The notes below the pieces were generated by a model, which did not search any database, was not told where the DNA came from, and was given only the letters and a program-made list of their open reading frames with translations. A stretch of DNA of 62,861 bases, filler included. It is 4 parts of 4 records of this genome, joined end to end, with 100 filler letters (N's around TTAATTAATTAA, not from the genome) between each part and the next. Parts side by side here need not be neighbours in the genome. Positions count along the whole stretch, not along the records: positions 16,416 to 41,118 come from DRR723986_5583; 3 more parts are not named here. One strand, written 5' to 3'. Positions 18,050 to 28,466 of the stretch are shown piece by piece. A program made the translations under genes and the position numbers. Position 1 is the first letter of the stretch. Each line of letters starts with the position of its first letter.

Positions 18050-18613
18050 ATGGCCAAGTCGAACATTTTCAACGTACCGAATCTCCTTTCGTTCATTCGA
18101 TTGTTGTTAGCCGGTTTCGTCGGCATTCTGATTGAGTGGCAGATGTTCATGCCAGCGATGTGGGTTTTTATCTTTGCCGCATCCACGGATTTTGTTGACG
18201 GTTGGTGGGCACGGAAATTTGACCAAGTCACCAAACTTGGGCGGATTCTTGATCCCTTTGTGGACAAGATCATCATCACGGCTTCGTTGATTGCCCTGGC
18301 GGCCCAGGCCGGTAGCCAGGTGTTTCCCTGGATGGCGACGGTGATTATCGGTCGAGAATTCTTGGTTACCAGCATCCGAGCGATGGTCGAGGGATCCGGC
18401 GGCGACTTCTCTGCCAGGCAACTTGGCAAATGGAAAATGCTCGTCCAGTGCGTCGCGATCGTCGCGAGCCTTCTTCTGCTGGACGGTTTTACCGATGCCG
18501 CCTGGTTGTACTGGTTCACCGTCGTTAGCGTCTGGGGGGCATTGGCTATCACAATTGCCTCAGGCGTAGACTACGTGATTCAAGCAGTTAAACTCTCACA
18601 AGCTGCAACGTAG
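18050..18613 (+). CDS. pgsA: CDP-diacylglycerol--glycerol-3-phosphate 3-phosphatidyltransferase
   Basis: NVPNLLS..R, TDFVDG..AR....T.LG..LDP.VDK, GKWK. Confidence 0.92.
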   Translation: MAKSNIFNVPNLLSFIRLLLAGFVGILIEWQMFMPAMWVFIFAASTDFVDGWWARKFDQVTKLGRILDPFVDKIIITASLIALAAQAGSQVFPWMATVIIGREFLVTSIRAMVEGSGGDFSARQLGKWKMLVQCVAIVASLLLLDGFTDAAWLYWFTVVSVWGALAITIASGVDYVIQAVKLSQAAT

Positions 18614-18692
18614 CAACGCGCTCCGCCGCCGACCTTGCGGAGTTCTCGCCGGAGAGACTGTTCCGGCTCAACGACGCATCAGGTAGACCGCT

Positions 18693-19928
18693 GTGCAAGA
18701 ACCGACAACACCTACTCCCGAACAACTCGCGGAAAACCCTCTGCTCATGGTGCTGTGGCTGGCACTCAGCGGCTGGTTCTTGCTGTTCTTTGCAAGCTTC
18801 TTCATCAGTTGGGCGTTTATCGGCTATCGGTACTTCAACGGCCTGACGACGCTGAGCGTTTTACCCTGGAAGCCAAGAAAATGGAGCGGCGTTGAGCTGC
18901 TGCTCGCATTTATCGCGATGGTAGTTTGCCAAGTTGTCGGTGTAATGGGATTCTTGTTTATCAATGGAATGAACCAAGAAGAATTTAGCGCAATGGCCGC
19001 TGAAGAGGTCCCGCTGGGCCTGGCCGCGAGCATTTCAGGGTTGTACCTGGTCGCGACAAGTGCGTTGACGATTTGGATCTGTGCTCGCTACCGCGTTTCA
19101 GTTTCGCATGTTGGCTGGACGAGCGACGCTTGGCGGGTGATCAAGATCGGCGTGTTGGCGTCCGCCGCAATTGTGCCATTGATCTTTGCACTCAACGCAA
19201 TCACCGCTCAACTTGGTGGTGTGGACTACAGCCACCCTTTGTTCGAGGCGATGGAAGAAGGCGGGTCGTTGCCTAAGTTCTTATACGCTGTCCTGGCGGC
19301 TGCCATCGTTGCGCCCATCGCAGAAGAGTTCCTTTTCAGAGGATTGCTCCAAGGCTGGCTGCAGTCGATTCCATTTCGATCGCTCTCACTGACGCTCTTT
19401 GGAATTGAACTCGGAGGTGCCGTTCCGAATGCTGGGCCTCCGATGCACGACGTTCATGTGCCCAGTGATTCAGTTTCAAGCGATTCCGTATCCAGTGATT
19501 CAGTTTCCGGCGCCCAAGCACCAGGTGATCACACTGAAGGACACACTGCTGCTCCCGAGAATGCGTTCCGGAGTCCAACTCGTGTAGCATCAGAACCTTC
19601 CGATCCGGCGAATCCGTTCGCTGTGGCTGCAACCAATTTACAGCCGCCAGTCGTTATGTCTGGCGAGGACTTTATTCGGGGCGGCAGCGGAGTGCCAAGT
19701 ATTGTCCCGCCCATTTGGCCTTCGATAGTGGCTGGCGTTCTCTTCGGCCTGGCGCACTGGGGATATGGTTTGAGCTGGATTCCGCTGAGTGTGTTTGGTT
19801 TCTCGCTAGGCATGCTGTATCGTGCGACGCATTCTATTTGGCCAAGCGTAATCGTTCATTTCGCTATGAACGGAACAAGCATGTTCGCCATGGGCGTGAT
19901 GATGTACTCAAGTTCCGTCACCGGCTAG
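18693..19928 (+). CDS. CPBP (Abi/CAAX) intramembrane metalloprotease
   Basis: AEEFLFRG, FGLAH, HFAMN motifs and multiple TM helices. Confidence 0.88.
   Translation: MQEPTTPTPEQLAENPLLMVLWLALSGWFLLFFASFFISWAFIGYRYFNGLTTLSVLPWKPRKWSGVELLLAFIAMVVCQVVGVMGFLFINGMNQEEFSAMAAEEVPLGLAASISGLYLVATSALTIWICARYRVSVSHVGWTSDAWRVIKIGVLASAAIVPLIFALNAITAQLGGVDYSHPLFEAMEEGGSLPKFLYAVLAAAIVAPIAEEFLFRGLLQGWLQSIPFRSLSLTLFGIELGGAVPNAGPPMHDVHVPSDSVSSDSVSSDSVSGAQAPGDHTEGHTAAPENAFRSPTRVASEPSDPANPFAVAATNLQPPVVMSGEDFIRGGSGVPSIVPPIWPSIVAGVLFGLAHWGYGLSWIPLSVFGFSLGMLYRATHSIWPSVIVHFAMNGTSMFAMGVMMYSSSVTG
19464..19508 (+). repeat. Coding 15-bp tandem repeat x3 (SDSVS)
   Basis: AGTGATTCAGTTTCA / AGCGATTCCGTATCC / AGTGATTCAGTTTCC. 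Confidence 0.85.
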
Positions 19929-19997
19929 TCTCCCGCAGAGTGTAGCCCGACACTCGGAGTCGGATACCAACGGCTGGTCCAACTCTCGAAGGCGGAA

Positions 19998-20061
19998 TCC
20001 AGCGTCGCGGAGTTCCTGCGTTGCGAAGTTCCAGCGTCCAGGAGTTCCTGCCTCTCGAACA
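19998..20061. repeat. Degenerate 16-bp tandem repeat x4 (two 32-bp dimers), intergenic
   Basis: TCCAGCGTCGCGGAGT / TCCTGCGTTGCGAAGT / TCCAGCGTCCAGGAGT / TCCTGCCTCTCGAACA. Confidence 0.7.
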
Positions 20062-20510
20062 ACCGTGCGACTTTGGTACGGCCCGATGGAACCACGTCGG
20101 TTAGCAATTCGTGGGCGCAAACGGGAGTTTGTAGCGAAATCGCGTCAATTGCGGGGGACCGGAATGCGGGTGGTGTGCGCACAACCGTCCTGCTCGGCAC
20201 GACGCGCGCAAAGTCTTCTGGACACGTAGTTTGTATCGATCTTGCGGGTTAATTTTTGAACCCAATTTTTTGACTACTGACTAGCTGCGACCTATATTTC
20301 CTCGGGCCGACTTCGTGCATGGATGGTTGCACGTGGCATAGCGGTGGAAACGCTTCTCTTGGGAGGCATCTTCCGCCATCCTGCCGCGTTGCGAGTTGTG
20401 AGCCCTGACTGTTGCTTGTTTGCACGTCCCTTGTGGACATCCCGGACGCAAACGAGCGCGGTTTCCGTCACGTTCCATCTTGCTGAAGTCATCCCACCGG
20501 GAAAGAGCAT

Positions 20511-22166
20511 ATGATCTTTTTCGTTCGCAACTGTGTAATCGCCATTGTGTTGGCCGCGAGCACAACTGCCGCGATTGCACAAACTACTCCCGCACCACAG
20601 GTCGGCGCAACTGCCGAGAGCGAGGTCTCGCAACGCTTGGAGGCGGGCATCGAACTGGAGCGGCGGCACGACTGGGCTGCGGCCATTGGGCACTACGAAG
20701 AATCCCTTCGGTTGTTCGCCGGTGAAGCTCGATTGACGCGACGACTCTTGATCTCTCGCTTGCACTATGATGTTGTCCGCCGAGCGGGTGACAGCGCGAT
20801 TGACGAGTTGATTTCGACGGTAAGCGTCAATGAAGCGCTTGATCTATATTCGGAAGTATTGGCCCGCCTCGAAACTAGCTTCGTCGACAATATATCGATG
20901 CAAGACATAGTTCGCAGTGGTACGGCTTACCTGGAAGTCGCTCTGACCGAAGAAGGGTTTCTGAAGGCACACTTGCCTAACGTTTCGCCTGAGTCGGTCG
21001 AGCAGTTTCGCCAATCGATTCACAAGGTTACTCTTGGCCGCCGTTCGGACTCGCGGGCCGATGCGAGACGTCGCGTTTTCACTGCAGCTCAAGCTGCCGA
21101 GCAGAGCATTGGCTTGCGTCCAACCGCTACCGTTATGCAGTTCGTATTCGGTGCAGTCGGCTTGTTGGACCCATACTCCTCGTTCCTCAGTTCGCACGAG
21201 CTTAACGAAGTTGAGTCGCAGATCGAGGGCAACTTTGTTGGATTGGGCGTCGCCCTTGAACCACATAGTGTCCCGCTCCGCATTCTGAACGTTATCGACG
21301 GCGGACCCGCTCGCGAAGCAGGCTTGAAGGCGGGGGACGAGATTCTGGAGATTGACTCCATTGCGTGCCAAGATGTCGGAGCTGAGAGAGCCGCGGATTT
21401 GTTGCGTGGACCTGAACACTCACGAGTTGCGCTTATGGTACGCAATCCTGAGATGGGAACGTACAAGACCAGCATTGTTCGGCGTCGGGTCGAGGTTCCT
21501 AGTATCGAAGACGTAAAGATCCTGAGCTCGGCCGATGGTACTGCTTATCTGAAGATTTCCAGTTTCCAAAAGACTACAGCCAGCGAACTAGACGAAGCGC
21601 TTTGGGGGCTGCACCGCCAGGGCATGCAGAGCTTGATTATTGACCTGCGTGGCAATCCCGGCGGATGGCTCGACGCGTCCGTAGCTGCGGCCGATCGCTT
21701 CATCTCTGGCGGAGGCATCGTCTCCACTCGTGGGAAGAACGGCATCGAGAATCAGAATTACAACGCGACTCGCAGCGGCACCTGGCAAGTACCGTTGGTC
21801 GTCCTGATCGACGATCAGAGCGCCAGTGCTAGTGAGATCTTCGCCGGTGCAATTCGTGACAATAACCGCGGCGAATTGGTCGGACAAACGACGTACGGAA
21901 AAGGAAGCGTTCAAGGATTGTTCCACACCCGAGCACTTTCCAGTGGCATTCGATTGACCGTTTCGAAATTCTATTCGCCGAATGGCAACGCCATCAGCCG
22001 CCGCGGTGTGCAACCGACAATCGCAGTCGAGACCTCGGACGACTCGGGAGTTCGATTGGTTGCCAAGGTACCAGCGGGCACAAGCGAATCGCAGTTGCCG
22101 CAAGATCGCGTGCTGGATGTCGCCATGAAGACAGCCCGACGACTGCGTGTTTCCCGCCGGCCATAG
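20511..22166 (+). CDS. S41 carboxy-terminal processing protease with PDZ domain
   Basis: Signal peptide, LDPYS, FVGLGV, DLRGNPGG, SASASEI, TYGKGSVQ. Confidence 0.92.
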   Translation: MIFFVRNCVIAIVLAASTTAAIAQTTPAPQVGATAESEVSQRLEAGIELERRHDWAAAIGHYEESLRLFAGEARLTRRLLISRLHYDVVRRAGDSAIDELISTVSVNEALDLYSEVLARLETSFVDNISMQDIVRSGTAYLEVALTEEGFLKAHLPNVSPESVEQFRQSIHKVTLGRRSDSRADARRRVFTAAQAAEQSIGLRPTATVMQFVFGAVGLLDPYSSFLSSHELNEVESQIEGNFVGLGVALEPHSVPLRILNVIDGGPAREAGLKAGDEILEIDSIACQDVGAERAADLLRGPEHSRVALMVRNPEMGTYKTSIVRRRVEVPSIEDVKILSSADGTAYLKISSFQKTTASELDEALWGLHRQGMQSLIIDLRGNPGGWLDASVAAADRFISGGGIVSTRGKNGIENQNYNATRSGTWQVPLVVLIDDQSASASEIFAGAIRDNNRGELVGQTTYGKGSVQGLFHTRALSSGIRLTVSKFYSPNGNAISRRGVQPTIAVETSDDSGVRLVAKVPAGTSESQLPQDRVLDVAMKTARRLRVSRRP

Positions 22167-22247
22167 TCCTCGACTGGTTCCGGCGTCACGGAAGCAACGA
22201 CACGGAAACAGCGGAGGCAGACTGGTCTCCGCGCCGCAATCTGACGG

Positions 22248-23720
22248 CTAAACCTGCTGAGCGAATTCTTCGATCAGAGAGCACAATTCTTCAAAGTGCT
22301 CTTTGGTCGTAAACGGATTGGAGATCGTGCTTCGCAGCCAGGTTTCGCCGCGAATCTTCGTCGTCACAATGTAGAATCGCTCCGCGGCAACGATTTTCTC
22401 TCTTACCGCCTGCATCTGCTCGCAGTGGCTTCGCGCTGATCGACCATTTTTGCGGTATCGATAGCAGATGATGTTGGTCTGTGGCTCGCAAGCGACTTCG
22501 AATCCGGGTGTGTCCGTCAAAATACGCTGAAATAGCTTGGTTAGATCGTGCAGGTGGTCTACGTTGGCCTCCCAAGCTTGCGTGCCGTATTGCTGGAAGA
22601 TCGTGAACACCTTTGCAACCATCATGTTCTTGGTGCATTCGAACGTTCGGCGAGCCAGTGCGCTTGCATCGAACGATTTCGAACGCTGTGCAAACAAGTA
22701 GTCGGCTTCGGTGGCAAACGTCCGAAAACTCGCCGAACCGTCACGAAAGACCAAAGCACTACACAATGCGGGCGTCATCAGTAGTTTGTGGAAATCAATC
22801 GTGACGCTGTCCGCCAGTTCGATTCCATTGGTCAAGTGTCGATGCTTCTGCGAAAAAGCGACTGCACCTCCATGAGCTCCGTCAATGTGCATCCATATGT
22901 TATGCTTCTGAGCAAATTGGCCAATTTCTGAAAGGTCGTCAAAAGTGCCAGTGGACGTGGTGCAAGAACTACCAACGATTGCGAACACTTTTTTGCCATC
23001 CGAGCAAGCCGCTTTGAGCAAGGGTTCCAGTTGACGGCTGTCGAGCTTCCAGTGCTCGTCCGTTGGCACTTGAATGACATTCTCTGGTGGCAGTCCCATG
23101 ATCGCCGCCGCTTTGGCCGCGCAGTAGTGGGCTTGCTCCGAGACCATGATCGCCAGTCGCGCTGGGTTGCTGGCGGTTTCTTGAGGCAGTCGCGCCCGCG
23201 CCGCGAGCAGGGCTGTTAAGTTTGCCAAACTGCCGCCGCTGGAGAAAAATCCAGAGGCATGATCATTTCTAGGCGTTGAGGCCTTGGGGCCAAATTCCTC
23301 AGCAGGAAAGCCAAACGTTTCGGCCAGGCAGGCGATCAGGATTCGCTCCATCGCGACGGCCGACATCCCCATCTCATAAACACCGCTGCCATTGTTGAGT
23401 GCGTCGGTAATGAGCGAGGTGATCAAGGCCGGAAACGCTGGAACTCCAATCTGATGTCCCATGTAATAAGGGCTATTCAACTGCACTGAATTGCTAAGCA
23501 GCCCGTCGGTGACTGCTCGCAAGGATTCAGGCGAGTCGGCGTCGGCGGAACACACGTCTAGCCAGAAATCGCGTGCATCATCGGGGGCGAGCGCTGGAAT
23601 GGTGCGTGAGTGCTCACCATTCTGGCAGTTGGCCAAATGATCCGCCAAGCGGTCAATCGCTGCGTGACCTTCCTGGCGGAACGCTTCGACGTCGTAAATC
23701 TGCCGCAGGATCGCATCCAT
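22248..23720 (-). CDS. Group II PLP-dependent decarboxylase (DABA decarboxylase-like)
   Basis: YMGHQ, SGGSLANLTAL, HIDGAHG, DFHK (PLP lysine), TFECTK. Confidence 0.88.
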   Translation of the reverse strand: MDAILRQIYDVEAFRQEGHAAIDRLADHLANCQNGEHSRTIPALAPDDARDFWLDVCSADADSPESLRAVTDGLLSNSVQLNSPYYMGHQIGVPAFPALITSLITDALNNGSGVYEMGMSAVAMERILIACLAETFGFPAEEFGPKASTPRNDHASGFFSSGGSLANLTALLAARARLPQETASNPARLAIMVSEQAHYCAAKAAAIMGLPPENVIQVPTDEHWKLDSRQLEPLLKAACSDGKKVFAIVGSSCTTSTGTFDDLSEIGQFAQKHNIWMHIDGAHGGAVAFSQKHRHLTNGIELADSVTIDFHKLLMTPALCSALVFRDGSASFRTFATEADYLFAQRSKSFDASALARRTFECTKNMMVAKVFTIFQQYGTQAWEANVDHLHDLTKLFQRILTDTPGFEVACEPQTNIICYRYRKNGRSARSHCEQMQAVREKIVAAERFYIVTTKIRGETWLRSTISNPFTTKEHFEELCSLIEEFAQQV

Positions 23721-24169
23721 TCTCAATGCCTTTTCGTTCCAAACCGCTGCTTCACAATCGGGGCCTCGAGCCGGCTCCGTATGCAGATAATCGCCCCGCA
23801 TGTAGACAACGGGGCCCCTGGCGACACGATATCAAGCACCTTGCGGGTTGGATAGTTGCCGATCGGAATCGCTCGCGGGCGGCTGCTTGCCTCGCCATGC
23901 CTACTATTACCAGTGAAAAAGACTATCCATCCTTCCAGCGCGCTGAGAGAATGAATATACTTTCCGAAGCAAAATCAAACAAAACGCCGATCTTGCCTAG
24001 CTTGCCTGATGCGGCCTCTGGCTCGCGTGGAAAAGTGCGATTGCTGGCGTAGCTGTACCGGACACCTAGTCCTCAGGCAAATCGTGGCGATAAAGGAGCC
24101 TTGATCGACGACGCTGGCTCGACGATTAGGCCATTCCCCCTTTCCAATATCACAAAAGCGGAGCGAAAC

Positions 24170-25312
24170 GTGTCGAACGGAAACTTCTTGTTTACGAGCG
24201 AATCAGTAAGCATGGGCCACCCGGACAAGGTGTCGGACCAGGTCTCAGACGGGATCTTGGACGCCCTTCTAGCTCAAGATCCAATGTCGCGCGTCGCCTG
24301 CGAAACACTCTGCACAACGGACCTAGTTGTACTGAGTGGTGAAATCACCTCTGCAGCCAAGGTCGATTACGTCGAAATCGCTCGCCAAGTCATCCGCGAG
24401 ATTGGCTACACCGACGACGGCATCGGCTTCGACGCAGATAGCTGCCGCGTCTTCTGCGCCCTTCACAGCCAAAGTGCTGACATTGCTATGGGCGTCGACC
24501 GCGATGGCGCTGGAGACCAAGGTTTGATGTTCGGCTACGCCTGCAAGCAGACCGAAGAACTGATGCCATTGCCAATCGCGCTCAGCCACCGGATCATCAA
24601 TCTGCTCGCCAAGAAGCGACAGGATGGAGATGTCAACTGGTTGCGTCCAGACAGCAAGAGCCAAGTCACTGTTCAGTACGAGAATGGCAAAGCGTCTCGC
24701 ATCGACGCGATCGTTGTTTCCACTCAACACTCCGACGATGTGACTCAAGAGCAAATTGCGGATTACGTGACCAAGGTCGTCAAGGAATGTGTTCCTGCCG
24801 ATTTGCTGGACGACAACACAAAGTACCACATCAATCCGACCGGAAAGTTTGTTATTGGTGGACCGCACGGCGACACCGGTTTGACGGGACGGAAGATCAT
24901 CGTAGACACCTATGGCGGATGGGGACGTCACGGTGGCGGTGCATTCTCCGGTAAAGATGCAACCAAGGTTGACCGTTCGGCTGCCTACATGGGGCGATAC
25001 GTTGCTAAGAATATCGTTGCCGCAGATTTAGCAGACGAATGCGAAGTTCAGCTTGCTTACGCGATTGGTGTTACCGATCCAGTGAGTGTTCGAGTCGACA
25101 CGGCTGGAACTGCGAAGGTCGACGAAGCGAAGATCGCCGCAGCGGTTCGAGAAGTCTTCCCACTGAATCCGAAGGGCATTATCGACCACTTGCAACTTCG
25201 ACGACCAATCTTCCGCCATTCAGCCCACGGCGGACACTTTGGCCGCAGTGAAGCTGATTTCTCATGGGAGAAAACGGACAAGGTCGACGACCTGAAGAGC
25301 GCTGTCTCCTAG
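24170..25312 (+). CDS. metK: S-adenosylmethionine synthetase
   Basis: [45 protein letters not shown] start after GGAG. Confidence 0.97.
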   Translation: MSNGNFLFTSESVSMGHPDKVSDQVSDGILDALLAQDPMSRVACETLCTTDLVVLSGEITSAAKVDYVEIARQVIREIGYTDDGIGFDADSCRVFCALHSQSADIAMGVDRDGAGDQGLMFGYACKQTEELMPLPIALSHRIINLLAKKRQDGDVNWLRPDSKSQVTVQYENGKASRIDAIVVSTQHSDDVTQEQIADYVTKVVKECVPADLLDDNTKYHINPTGKFVIGGPHGDTGLTGRKIIVDTYGGWGRHGGGAFSGKDATKVDRSAAYMGRYVAKNIVAADLADECEVQLAYAIGVTDPVSVRVDTAGTAKVDEAKIAAAVREVFPLNPKGIIDHLQLRRPIFRHSAHGGHFGRSEADFSWEKTDKVDDLKSAVS

Positions 25313-25335
25313 ACTAGCTCCAGATCACGAATTTC

Positions 25336-25374
25336 AAAACGCCAGAATTGCCACGACGCGGTTCTGGCGTTTTT
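25336..25374 (+). terminator. Rho-independent terminator
   Basis: AAAACGCCAGAA...TTCTGGCGTTTTT stem-loop after metK. Confidence 0.75.
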
Positions 25375-25548
25375 GCGTTTCCACTGCCGCCCCCGAGCTG
25401 AGGCGTATCTGATCGCGTCGGGGCGAGTTATACTTTGCGAGACAAGTCCACATCGCTGCACGAGATCGACTGACCGTCGGGCTTTCCTTTGCCCGCACTG
25501 AACTGCAGAGTTGCTGGATCCGCCAATGATTCAAAACGAGTATAAGCC

Positions 25549-26307
25549 ATGAAGGTAGGGCTATTCATCCCTTGCTATGTCGACCAATTCTTCCCTGATG
25601 TCGGTATGGCTACGGTCGAGTTGCTCGAGGAAGTTGCGGGTTGCGAGGTCGTTTACCCAGATGCACAAACCTGTTGTGGGCAACCGATGGCGAATACTGG
25701 GTGCATCGACGACACCCGCCCGCTAGCAGAAAAATTCGTTGATATCTTCGCTGATTTTGACCACATCGTCAGCCCATCGGGCAGTTGCACGTCGATGGTG
25801 CGTCATCACTACGAAGGCTACTTCCACAATGATTCGCGATATGAAGCGCTGAAGAAGAAGACCTGGGAGCTCTGTGAGTTTCTGACTGAAGTCGTTGGCG
25901 TCAAGAAGCTAGCCAAGCCGTTTCCTCATCGAGTTGGACTGCACAGTAGCTGCCACGGTCTCAGAGAGCTCCGCCTGGACAGTTGTTCTGAACGCCAAGA
26001 CGCTCAACCATCAAAAGTGCGCAGCCTGTTGGCGAAGGTCCCCGAGATAGAGCTCGTCGAACTTGAACGCGCGGACGAGTGCTGTGGCTTCGGCGGCACC
26101 TTCGCCGTTGCAGAAGAGGGCGTTTCGTTGCTAATGGGCAAGGATCGAATTGACGATCACCTGAGAGCAAACGCTGAGGTCATGGCAGCAACGGACTCCA
26201 GTTGCCTGATGCACATGCAAGGTATCGTCAGCCGCCGCAAAGATCCAATTGTAACCATGCATGTCGCTGAGATTCTTGCCGGACGTCCGCTCCGTCAAAA
26301 GGTCTAA
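25549..26307 (+). CDS. lutA: CCG-domain Fe-S protein, LutA/YkgE family
   Basis: LFIPCYVD, QTCCGQP, SGSC, HSSCH, CCGFGGTF, SCLMH. Confidence 0.85.
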   Translation: MKVGLFIPCYVDQFFPDVGMATVELLEEVAGCEVVYPDAQTCCGQPMANTGCIDDTRPLAEKFVDIFADFDHIVSPSGSCTSMVRHHYEGYFHNDSRYEALKKKTWELCEFLTEVVGVKKLAKPFPHRVGLHSSCHGLRELRLDSCSERQDAQPSKVRSLLAKVPEIELVELERADECCGFGGTFAVAEEGVSLLMGKDRIDDHLRANAEVMAATDSSCLMHMQGIVSRRKDPIVTMHVAEILAGRPLRQKV

Positions 26308-26403
26308 TCGACCCTGGGCCCCAGGGAGATAATTTCTACGCAGACATCGAAAAGATACTGCGACGTCATTCGCGGCAGGATAGAGATGGCCAGCGGACGC
26401 TAA

Positions 26404-27432
26404 TCAGGTCGATTCATAGTCTTGTTTTGCGATTCCTGCAGCACCAACGTACCCGGCGCTGCCGCCGAGGATTGCAAAGGCGACAGTTGTCCCTTCAAAG
26501 ACGTTGGGGAAGGTGCGCTTCTTGAATTCATCAAGAATACCTTGCAAAAATCTCCGGCCGATGGGCGACTCGTGCCCGCCAAAGTTCATCGCCCCTCCAA
26601 GCACTACTAGTCCCGGATCAATTGCATGCACCGCATCGGTGACGCCAATACCCAAGTAGAAAGCCGTTTCATCCACAACGCGCAGAGCAAGGTCATCCCC
26701 CTGCTCGGCCGCCTTGAAGATGTCGTACGATGTCAATGGATCTTCGTCACTGTGCTGCATCAGAGATTGGTTGCCTTGTCCAAGCAACTCCTGACCACGT
26801 AGAGCTACAGCGCTGGCACTTGCATAAGCCTCCAACTGCCCCTGGCCGCCTCCCCAATTACATAGGCGAGCGTCGGGGCTACTATCAACGATGAAGTGGC
26901 CAAGCTCGCTGCCAAAACTGTTGACCCCGTTGATCAATCGGCCCTCGGAAATTAGTCCACCACCGACTCCGGTGCCAAGTGTCAGCAGTGCGAGTCCGCC
27001 GTAGTCGCGACCGGTACCGATCCAAAACTCCCCAAAAGCGGCAGCATTGGCGTCGTTGATAAAGCTAACCGGCATGCCAAGGTATTCCGCCAATCGATCA
27101 CGAGCGTGGAAATGGTGCCAAGCTGGCAAGTTCGTGGGTGTTAACAACATGCCACGCTTGAGACACATCGGCCCTGGTGTTCCGAGACCTGCTCGAACGA
27201 TGTCAGCGTTGCTGATCGCCAACTCACGAACCATCGTGTCTCTACACTCGGCAACCCTTTGGCAAGCTTTCTCGGGGCCATTCTGCGCTTCGGTTGGAAT
27301 GCTCTTGTACGCCAGTGTGTGACCGCTGCTATCAAGCAAGCCGATTTTGATGTTTGTGCCGCCGACGTCCACGCCCAGGAAATAGGGCTTGGCGGATTGC
27401 GACACTGAGATTGGGTCCAAGGGTGAAGCCAT
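26404..27432 (-). CDS. ROK-family sugar kinase (glucokinase)
   Basis: GVDVGGTNIK, NDANAAAFGE, TLGTGVGGG, SELGH. Confidence 0.92.
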   Translation of the reverse strand: MASPLDPISVSQSAKPYFLGVDVGGTNIKIGLLDSSGHTLAYKSIPTEAQNGPEKACQRVAECRDTMVRELAISNADIVRAGLGTPGPMCLKRGMLLTPTNLPAWHHFHARDRLAEYLGMPVSFINDANAAAFGEFWIGTGRDYGGLALLTLGTGVGGGLISEGRLINGVNSFGSELGHFIVDSSPDARLCNWGGGQGQLEAYASASAVALRGQELLGQGNQSLMQHSDEDPLTSYDIFKAAEQGDDLALRVVDETAFYLGIGVTDAVHAIDPGLVVLGGAMNFGGHESPIGRRFLQGILDEFKKRTFPNVFEGTTVAFAILGGSAGYVGAAGIAKQDYEST

Positions 27433-27713
27433 CGTCTGATCTCGGTTTCGATCGTGGAGAATTCGCTGAGCCGCGTGGCACGTTGACATCAACGAACGCG
27501 AGTGCGGGCGAACAGTATACATGACTGGTACAACCGCCCTAGTTGCCACTCAAGTGGCGTCCGAGCAATGCACATCTAAGATCTTCGTCAGGCAATACCG
27601 ACGGAGTGCAGAATTCGCGAAGCGGCCCGCGTCATCCTACCAAGACTTGCGAGCGGGAGCACCGGTCCATGGGCTGGAAGATCCGCCGAGAGGACTAGGT
27701 GAGAATCAGGGCC

Positions 27714-28415
27714 TTAACTGATCACTTTTCGCAGTGTTCGCGCGGCCGTGTCCGCTAGCGCAGTAGATCCCGCATGACTGGCAACGCAGACGGCTGCACC
27801 AGCAGGACCACCGAGGAGAGTCCCTACGCCGGCAGCCGTAATTGTACCACCGATGCGAGCAAGCACTTTTCTGCGTCTGGGCGACAGATTCTGCTTGCAT
27901 CCGATTGCCAAGACCGCCATTTCAACGCCATCGGCCAGCAGCGTCATCGGATGCACCTTCGTCGCCCCTTTGAGCGCGTATTTGCCACCCAATCGAGTAG
28001 AGACAGACCAAGCCGCCTTGGTCGCTCCGCTGAGGAAGGCAGCCACAGTCGCCTCCCCGGCGTCAATCTGACTGCTGGCTGCTTCGCCGGTTGCGCAAAG
28101 TGCAGCGAAGTGTTCGCAATTGCCGCCCAGCAAGCTATATCCTTGCAAACCTAGCTGCTTCTGTGCAATCCGAACGGTTTCATCTGCGGGCAGTCGCGAC
28201 TCATGCTGCTTAACGAAAATCTGCTCGCCGGCGGCAAATTCGTCCAGCGTATCGCGGCGAACCTGAAAGCGCTCCGAAGCGTCCCGAATCGCAAACCGGC
28301 TGCCTTGAGCGGGCGCGAGATGAATCACTGTGCCATCGCCCATATCAATTCCGTGATGCTGATAGGGCACCCTACCAGCTTTACAATTGATATAGATGTG
28401 ATCGCCCTTGGCCAT
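27714..28415 (-). CDS. LRAT/H-REV107-family (permuted NlpC/P60) protein with C-terminal glycine-zipper
   Basis: GDHI, YQHHGI..GDG.VIH, YSL..GNCEHFA; C-terminal GVGTLLGGPAGAAV. Confidence 0.85.
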   Translation of the reverse strand: MAKGDHIYINCKAGRVPYQHHGIDMGDGTVIHLAPAQGSRFAIRDASERFQVRRDTLDEFAAGEQIFVKQHESRLPADETVRIAQKQLGLQGYSLLGGNCEHFAALCATGEAASSQIDAGEATVAAFLSGATKAAWSVSTRLGGKYALKGATKVHPMTLLADGVEMAVLAIGCKQNLSPRRRKVLARIGGTITAAGVGTLLGGPAGAAVCVASHAGSTALADTAARTLRKVIS

Positions 28416-28466
28416 AGTCATCTCCTTCGTATGCACATTCGTCCCGCGCAACTGCAAGACGGTACG

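Noticed and set aside
23721..24169. SAM/SAH riboswitch upstream of metK
   Set aside because: No SAM-I, SAM-II/V or SAH core motifs could be matched by eye; an Rfam scan would be decisive
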